From positions 4,464,001 through 4,528,000 of the forward strand of contig JBLDXI010000007.1 of assembly GCA_047495785.1 (NCBI GenBank): DNA of 64,000 nucleotides, written 5' to 3'. The notes under the pieces are model-generated. The model did no database searches. It had not been told where the DNA came from and saw only the letters and a list, made by a program, of their open reading frames with translations. Made by a program: the position numbers and the translations under genes. Positions 58,601 through 64,000 of this stretch are shown here, in pieces (position 1 is the first letter of the stretch; each line of letters opens with the position of its first letter). The DNA is from Lepidodermella squamata. Lineage: Eukaryota > Animalia > Gastrotricha.

Positions 58601-61600
58601 AGCTACTTGGTTGTCCTCAAACTTGAACTAAAGGATTCAATTATGATAATTGCCTTTTGCTACATATTACCTGAAAAATCTGAAAAAATCGAAAAAGAGC
58701 GGCGAAAATCTCACACTAATCCTAACTCTAAACCTAAAAAAGCTCAAGGTCGTTTTAAAAAATTATGGTCCGAGGCAATAAACAAAATCACAGAAATTCA
58801 ATCTCAAATTCGCATTGAAAACCTCGCTAACCCCAAAAAAATCGAAATTATTATGATGGGCGATTTGAACATACGAACGGGCAACATTAATAAATCTTTT
58901 GAACCACTAGACCGAAATATTAATTTTTTTCACAATCAAATACCGCCCAGAAAATCGAGAGATATGGAACTATCAAAATCGAGTACCTCCAATCGTAACT
59001 TCTTTTTCGAAAAACTAGATGAAATGGGTCTCTATATTGTCAACGGTACGACAACCTCGGATGAATTTGGCGAATTTACGCATAAAAAATTGGGGGACAA
59101 TCATAAACAAGCTTTCACTGTAGTCGACTACGCGCTTGCCTCCGAGACTCTGTTCGAAAAAATTCATGATTTCGAAGTAATTTTAGGTGAGGGGATCTCT
59201 GATCACTACGCGATCTGTCTGACTTTGAACACCGAGCTTAACATTGGGAATAGCGAGGAGGATATCTCTGGTCATCAGGTTGATTTTCGGGTTAACAAGA
59301 GTTATTTCGCATCGCTGTGGGAAAGGTTCGAGGTCGATGAGCGCGAACGCAACGATACCCTGAATTCGCTAATCCTTAAGCTATATAAAACGGGTAAAAA
59401 AGCTCTATACTTCAAAAAACAGAGGCAAGAAAACTCAGAGCATGTATCGTTTTTTGACGGCGAATGCCAAATCAAACGTGAAATAGTTAGAAAATCTAGG
59501 AAACTAGCTACTAGACATCCTTCAAACTCGCTATATAAAGCTGAGATGGATAAACACGAAGTAGAATACAAGCAGTTACTCCGCTTGAAAAAAGAACAGC
59601 TTGAGGACAGCCTGAAGGCGGAAGCCGTAGAATTTGCCGACTTACTCGAAACACACCCGTCTGATTTTTTCAAACTTGCCAAAGAACTCGACCGTCTGAA
59701 GAGCATAGAAACCAACGTTGATTTGCCTGATGCCACAGAAATAATTAGTTTTTTCAGCCAGCTGTTCACAGCCTCAACAACGGGACCTGTCAGCCCCGCG
59801 TCGCCAGCAGTTGTAGCACGGGTTACGAACGACCCACATGACCTAGCTCTCGTAAAACCAGTATCAATAGAAGAAATAGAGTTTATTATATCTAAATCTA
59901 ATTCTAGTTCCTGCGCCGGAATAGACCAAATTGACTACGAATGTCTGAAATTAGACGGCTGTAAACGGGGTTTATATCCCTTCCTAGCAGTTCTATATAC
60001 TAAGATCCTTGAAACGGGCGAATACCCAGAATGCTGGCGTAAAGCATTGCTGATCCCTATTTATAAGAAAAACAGCCGATTAGATCCTAAAAATTATAGA
60101 CCTATCTCACTTCTGTCAGTATTTTCCAAAATATTTTCAAGTATCCTAGAGAAACGCTTGCGAGAATGGTGCACGGCTAAAAAGATTTTGCGACCCGAAC
60201 AGTTCGGATTCACGCCAAAAATAGGCACAGTAGATGCGTGTACTCTATTCTACGCCATCGTGGCTTATTACCTTACTAGGAAAAAGAAAATATACACAGC
60301 CTTCGTAGATTTTTCAAATGCGTTCGACAAAATTAGCCGTGCTCTCTTAATGAAGAAGCTTAGAAAAATAGGACTGCCTTTGTCCTTTATTGAGGTCATT
60401 AGGAACATGTACGCCGACAATACATTGCTGCTTAGAATGAAATCGACTATTCTATTCGATAAGCCAATAAAGTCAAACGTGGGAGTCCGACAGGGTGACC
60501 CATTATCACCACTTTTGTTTTCAATTTTTATAAACGATCTCATTCCTTTCCTAATGAAAGTTTTCCCTGGCTTGACCTTCGGTGAATATGTAGTCTTGGC
60601 AATCCTATACGCCGATGACTTGGTCCTACTGGCAGAAAGCGCTGAGCAGCTGCAGAGCCTCCTGGATGAGCTAGTAGCTTATGCTGAAGAAAATTCATTA
60701 ATAATTAACGTCGATAAAACAAAAATCTTGATTTTTGAAAAGAAATTTGTTGAGAATAATCAACTAAAATTTTATCTAAACGGCGAACAACTCGAAAGAG
60801 TTAAAGAATTTAAATACCTAGGAGTTTATTTTACTAATAATTTGAATTTTGATAAAATGGTGGAGGTTGTCAATGCGAATGCGAAACGAATTGCCGCTTT
60901 TATACCCAACATGATTGATCGGTTCACCACATATCTACCACCCAAAACGTTTCACCTTCTCTATAATTCCTATCTGGTTAGCAACTATTCCTATGCTGGA
61001 GGATTTTGGGGTCAATCAAAAAAGGCCAAAATTTTTCCTTTCAATACTCATTTCGTAAAACAGCTCTGCCGAATTCCCGCCGCGGCGAGAGACGAGCTCG
61101 TGAAACGTGAATTCTACCTAGACCCTCCAAGCCTAATCCTCACTAAAGCAGCTATACGTCACTTTCTTAAACTCAAATTCGAGGACAACCATATACTGCT
61201 GAAGACAGCTTTCGAAATAATTGACTCAAACAAAAATCTATATAAACATATCTTCAAAAATTTACCAGAAGATGTTGAAAAACTGGGCGGAAAAGAAATT
61301 TTCAATGCTACATCTAAATTTGAGGGCCTAGCCCTGCTTGAGAGATGGTATGAGAAATGGGTCGAAAATGACAAATTGTCGACGGCCTCTTCTCTAAAAT
61401 CGCTCTATCAAAATCCTGTTTACTCTGAAGAAAAATTTGACAAACTACTAATGTACTCGAGTGCGCGGCAAGCTTTCTGGTCACTTAAAAATATCCAAAC
61501 GCTAGCTATGATTAGAACTAATTCCATTCATAAACCGTTTTGCTATATAAATAACTTCGGCCTTAGATGTATTTTCTGCTATAAAAATAGTAACAATCCC

Positions 61601-62210
61601 GTCCTATCTCTAAATAGCTTCGCTGACTCAGTAGAACTTTTAACTCACCTATACCTAGAATGCAACTACTTGCCGTATATACATAATATAAATAACGCTG
61701 AAATGAAACCTGATAAAACTGACATAATTAATTCTATAATTTGCTGTGAATCTAGCGGCTCTGCACATTTATCGAAATTACTATCCCTCGCCTACAATTA
61801 CCGGATGACTCTAAAATTGCATACATATCCGCCTATTCCATCTACCTAATCTTGACCAACTATATCGGCAATATTAATAAAAAATGTGAATAAATATTAC
61901 TCTGAGCATCACTCTGGAAAAAACTACCTCTGCCTATGATATTTTTGTGTGTGTGGTACCATACTGTGCTATATTACATTTATTATATATTATACGATAT
62001 TATTATAACGATATTTCTGATGCGCCCAAAGCCCAATCGTGGCCGGTGCTTTTATTTTCGTTTTGAAACAATAAAACCAACAGCTCGTCATTTAGTGCCC
62101 TAATTATTTATTTCTCGCTATCCAGGAAAAGCGTGTTACCGGCAAAGGTCAACGCAGGCAACACGCAGCTGCAGAAGCCGAATGTCAAAAAGTCGAGACG
62201 AGTTCACTGA
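55618..62210 (+). CDS. Secreted mucin/proteoglycan-like Thr/Lys-rich protein (3 exons; last intron holds the LINE)
   Basis: Signal exon MVATKYVLALVLTSLLCNAQ|DGSGD...; Thr/Lys-rich exon to 56931; phase-2 donor AC|GTAAAA is compatible with acceptor TCCAG|G at 62125, giving KSVLPAK...RRVH*. Confidence 0.6.
57147..58217 (+). CDS. LINE ORF1 protein (coiled coil, RRM-like domain, Q/N/G/P-rich tail)
   Basis: N-terminal heptads LRAEVDELKAEVKEL; RASLLVGGIPE resembles the RRNNL.I.GIPE ORF1 motif; lies directly upstream of ORF2. Confidence 0.8.
   Translation: MEQVNEEAQIAQLRAEVDELKAEVKELKLAASDLARRTSRIEGHVWRASLLVGGIPETARESEELLIDKVYEAVPMLCNVPMTCQRFGPPRRNAEGTLINRQIHVTLAPEAVSCVYSTLQFENRRHLARGIWVSRYLPPHKQTIRKALNSKLNDIVKDENNNSPDINYKITGNTLITQGFGTYVFKSAIGKVEQLADNAAHQPKPDRWSNRAKANEARQAAANQRQQPPQQQRQGNGYAGQWRGGNSGQQQPNGNTNNQLGIGNRNYGTAPPQQPQQDVNFNRNERPLNQHAPPPPPPPPNTAYGGPGWDYNYNAPPLNNDFGDEDNYGEPEFQQRPSFVTRRSHQRPSLQRPSFQ
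58247..61849 (+). CDS. LINE ORF2: AP endonuclease, reverse transcriptase and C-terminal CCHC-like motif
   Basis: APE motifs LLETW, MGDLN, VVDYAL, SDH; RT motifs NYRPISLL, QFGF, FVDFSNAFD, GVRQGDPLSP, LYADD, KYLG; C-terminal CIFC...HLYLEC. Confidence 0.97.
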   Translation: MKTAPSAPSKNCMMNVTSTSLDFDLTVKLISFVAWNIFKFRLESYPDIIYLLKKYLVVALLETWHDAKLVPPLLRKDFYVIHSPAKKLAASRGRSLSGGIIIYIHSSLKSILTLLFKSSYLVVLKLELKDSIMIIAFCYILPEKSEKIEKERRKSHTNPNSKPKKAQGRFKKLWSEAINKITEIQSQIRIENLANPKKIEIIMMGDLNIRTGNINKSFEPLDRNINFFHNQIPPRKSRDMELSKSSTSNRNFFFEKLDEMGLYIVNGTTTSDEFGEFTHKKLGDNHKQAFTVVDYALASETLFEKIHDFEVILGEGISDHYAICLTLNTELNIGNSEEDISGHQVDFRVNKSYFASLWERFEVDERERNDTLNSLILKLYKTGKKALYFKKQRQENSEHVSFFDGECQIKREIVRKSRKLATRHPSNSLYKAEMDKHEVEYKQLLRLKKEQLEDSLKAEAVEFADLLETHPSDFFKLAKELDRLKSIETNVDLPDATEIISFFSQLFTASTTGPVSPASPAVVARVTNDPHDLALVKPVSIEEIEFIISKSNSSSCAGIDQIDYECLKLDGCKRGLYPFLAVLYTKILETGEYPECWRKALLIPIYKKNSRLDPKNYRPISLLSVFSKIFSSILEKRLREWCTAKKILRPEQFGFTPKIGTVDACTLFYAIVAYYLTRKKKIYTAFVDFSNAFDKISRALLMKKLRKIGLPLSFIEVIRNMYADNTLLLRMKSTILFDKPIKSNVGVRQGDPLSPLLFSIFINDLIPFLMKVFPGLTFGEYVVLAILYADDLVLLAESAEQLQSLLDELVAYAEENSLIINVDKTKILIFEKKFVENNQLKFYLNGEQLERVKEFKYLGVYFTNNLNFDKMVEVVNANAKRIAAFIPNMIDRFTTYLPPKTFHLLYNSYLVSNYSYAGGFWGQSKKAKIFPFNTHFVKQLCRIPAAARDELVKREFYLDPPSLILTKAAIRHFLKLKFEDNHILLKTAFEIIDSNKNLYKHIFKNLPEDVEKLGGKEIFNATSKFEGLALLERWYEKWVENDKLSTASSLKSLYQNPVYSEEKFDKLLMYSSARQAFWSLKNIQTLAMIRTNSIHKPFCYINNFGLRCIFCYKNSNNPVLSLNSFADSVELLTHLYLECNYLPYIHNINNAEMKPDKTDIINSIICCESSGSAHLSKLLSLAYNYRMTLKLHTYPPIPST

Positions 62211-62668
62211 TTGTTCTCCCTAAAACACCTCATCAACCACAGGTAAGCTATTGCCTATCCATTGCAGATGACGCGCTTTATGCAGCTTTGTTGTTCAGAT
62301 CCTCAATCAATGTAAAAACAATAAACCTGACGACTTGATATTTTTATCGAATAAACGGCCTAAAATACCTGTTTGTTGGCGATTAGCTCATTATAAGTGA
62401 CCATTGTCCTAGAAAATAGCGGTTAATTAGCCAGCCGATGCATTTCTCGCCTCACTTATTAGGACACACAAGCAGGCTCATTGATAAGCTGGCTTCACGT
62501 GGCTGGCCATTTGAGCATGAATTAGTCCAAAGCTGTGTATGCAGATTAGCCGTCGCGGGCGTATCTACCCACCGAAACCGGGGCTCTTATCGCAAAAGTA
62601 TATCGGATTCTCAAGCTTTGGCAGAAAGTCCACTTTCCCTTTTCGACATCACTTTCGGTCGCCTGACT

Positions 62669-63447
62669 ATGTTTCTTGTGAAATACGCCGTTGCACTGCT
62701 ATTCCTGGGATTGGCATCATCGCAGGATGCTTCGACCGCTGCCTATGAGGTTAACGGACACGAGCATGGCATTCACCATGAAGTGACGAGCCAACCTGAA
62801 ACGCCAGTAGATGAGACTACGCATGGCCATGGCGAGCATCACATGCAGGTGTTGGATGATGGCAATTCGACAGTGGGCAATGCGACGGCGGCTCAGTCAC
62901 GCGCTCGCTACAGTGGGCCTACGAAATGGGACGTGACTATCGGCTCGATTGCCGGCGGTGTCATCGGCGGTATCACTCTTCTGCTCAGCATCTTCATCTT
63001 CGGGTGAGAATTTTTCAACTAATTTGCTATTACTCCACAAATATCTGGATTCTGGATGTATTTCTTCGTTCAATTGCGATTTTCAATTTCGAAAAGTATA
63101 TTTCCAAAATACGAAATTGACAAATAAAAATCCTTAAAAAGTAGTTAAGTTAATTAGAATTGTGGGGTATGAATTTTCCGTATTCTCAAGAAACTTGAAA
63201 GTTGAAAGCCGCGGTGAAATATTGGAAGCATTCTAATGAGACCATCTTTTCACTGATTTGATTTACAGTAATATAGAGCGCACTTTGATTGATTTTGATT
63301 CATGCCATTTGATTCATGCTTTGAATTAATTGTTTTGTCGTTCAATTTTACAGTGACTTGATCAGATGGAGACGCCGTCCGAAGCCTTCTCCGATTCCTA
63401 ACGACGACCTTAACGATCAGGACATCCCCCTTCGTCCTATTTCATGA
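62669..63447 (+). CDS. Small single-pass membrane protein with His-rich ectodomain (2 exons)
   Basis: Signal MFLVKYAVALLFLGLASS; GHEHGIHH and HGHGEHH; TM IGSIAGGVIGGITLLLSIFIFG; phase-2 intron; basic juxtamembrane RWRRRPK. Confidence 0.7.
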
Positions 63448-63623
63448 AAATTCCATCCAGTTGTAATGTCTCCTCTTGCATGCAAATTGCCGCTATTCGG
63501 ATTGTTATTATGCCCTGAAATTTACTTTTGCAGCAATAAAAACTATAACTTTTCTAATTAGCTATTTATTTCATCTCGAATTTAGTGCATAATCAAAATG
63601 GGGTCACTCTTAGTTTCATCATT

Positions 63624-64000
63624 TCACCTCCTTGTAGGCTTAAGCATAATTTTGCAATGAGGCGTACGGAACGAAGTTGGCAGCCATTTGATCGGCATTT
63701 CCGTTTCGGGTGAAATCGTGAATTTGTAATCAAGAATAAGTCGAGCGAGGGCAAATTTGAGCTCGATCATAGCCAGTCGCATGCCGATGCAGTTGCGGTT
63801 GCCAGCTCCGAAAGGTATAAACGCGCCCTGGACAAGGCTCTCGGCATTCTCAGGCGCGAAGCGATCTGGATTGAACGTGTACGGCTCTGGCCAGTAATCA
63901 GGGTCGTGGTGAATAACATTCAGAGGTATCACGATGATGGTGCCTTTTTTGATTCGCAAGCCATTCACTTCAGTGTCGCCGGTACAGGCGCGCTCAATCC
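63624..64000 (-). CDS. Cytochrome P450, C-terminal part (probably CYP3 clan); runs off the window
   Basis: Heme motif PFGAGNRNCIG, PERF-like FNPDRF, and HHDPDYWPEP. Confidence 0.95.
   Translation of the reverse strand, partial: IERACTGDTEVNGLRIKKGTIIVIPLNVIHHDPDYWPEPYTFNPDRFAPENAESLVQGAFIPFGAGNRNCIGMRLAMIELKFALARLILDYKFTISPETEMPIKWLPTSFRTPHCKIMLKPTRR

Larger units (their letters stand above)
57057..62087 (+). mobile_element. Full-length, apparently intact LINE (APE-RT type) with 15-bp TSD
   Basis: TCATTTAGTGCCCTA at 57042-57056 and 62088-62102 flanks two uninterrupted ORFs and a 3' UTR ending AATAAAACCAACAGCTCG. Confidence 0.95.

Noticed and set aside
1-64000. tRNA, rRNA or other structured RNA genes; species assignment
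   Set aside because: None recognisable by eye (tRNAscan-SE or Infernal would be needed), and the organism cannot be named beyond a compact-genome invertebrate.

Overview
Gene-dense eukaryotic window from a compact invertebrate (metazoan) genome with many 45-70 bp GT-AG introns; there are no prokaryotic features. All calls come from reading motifs and splice sites by eye, without database searches. Host genes: a divergent Rab32/38-like GTPase, four paralogues of a secreted Cys-rich Ly6/three-finger-like protein, a GABA-B-like class C GPCR, a GNAT - aromatic amino acid decarboxylase - GNAT trio, two NEK-like pseudokinase-ankyrin genes flanking a divergent NR1J-like nuclear receptor, an EGF/C-type lectin gene, a gustatory-receptor-like gene, a Cys-loop ion channel apparently fused to an N-terminal LamG/pentraxin-like domain and mucin stalk, a NIDO-AMOP-vWD-sushi (SUSD2/Mesh-like) gene split by a 5-kb stack of nested transposons, two ankyrin genes, a mucin-like gene, a small His-rich membrane protein and the 3' end of a cytochrome P450. 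Mobile DNA: a 4.3-kb TA-flanked TIR element carrying a 191-bp satellite with higher-order repeats, pogo-like and mariner-like non-autonomous elements, truncated LINEs, and one intact 5-kb LINE with a 15-bp target-site duplication. The strongest candidates for new biology are the lectin-domain-fused pentameric channel and the putative N-acyl-arylalkylamine biosynthetic gene cluster.
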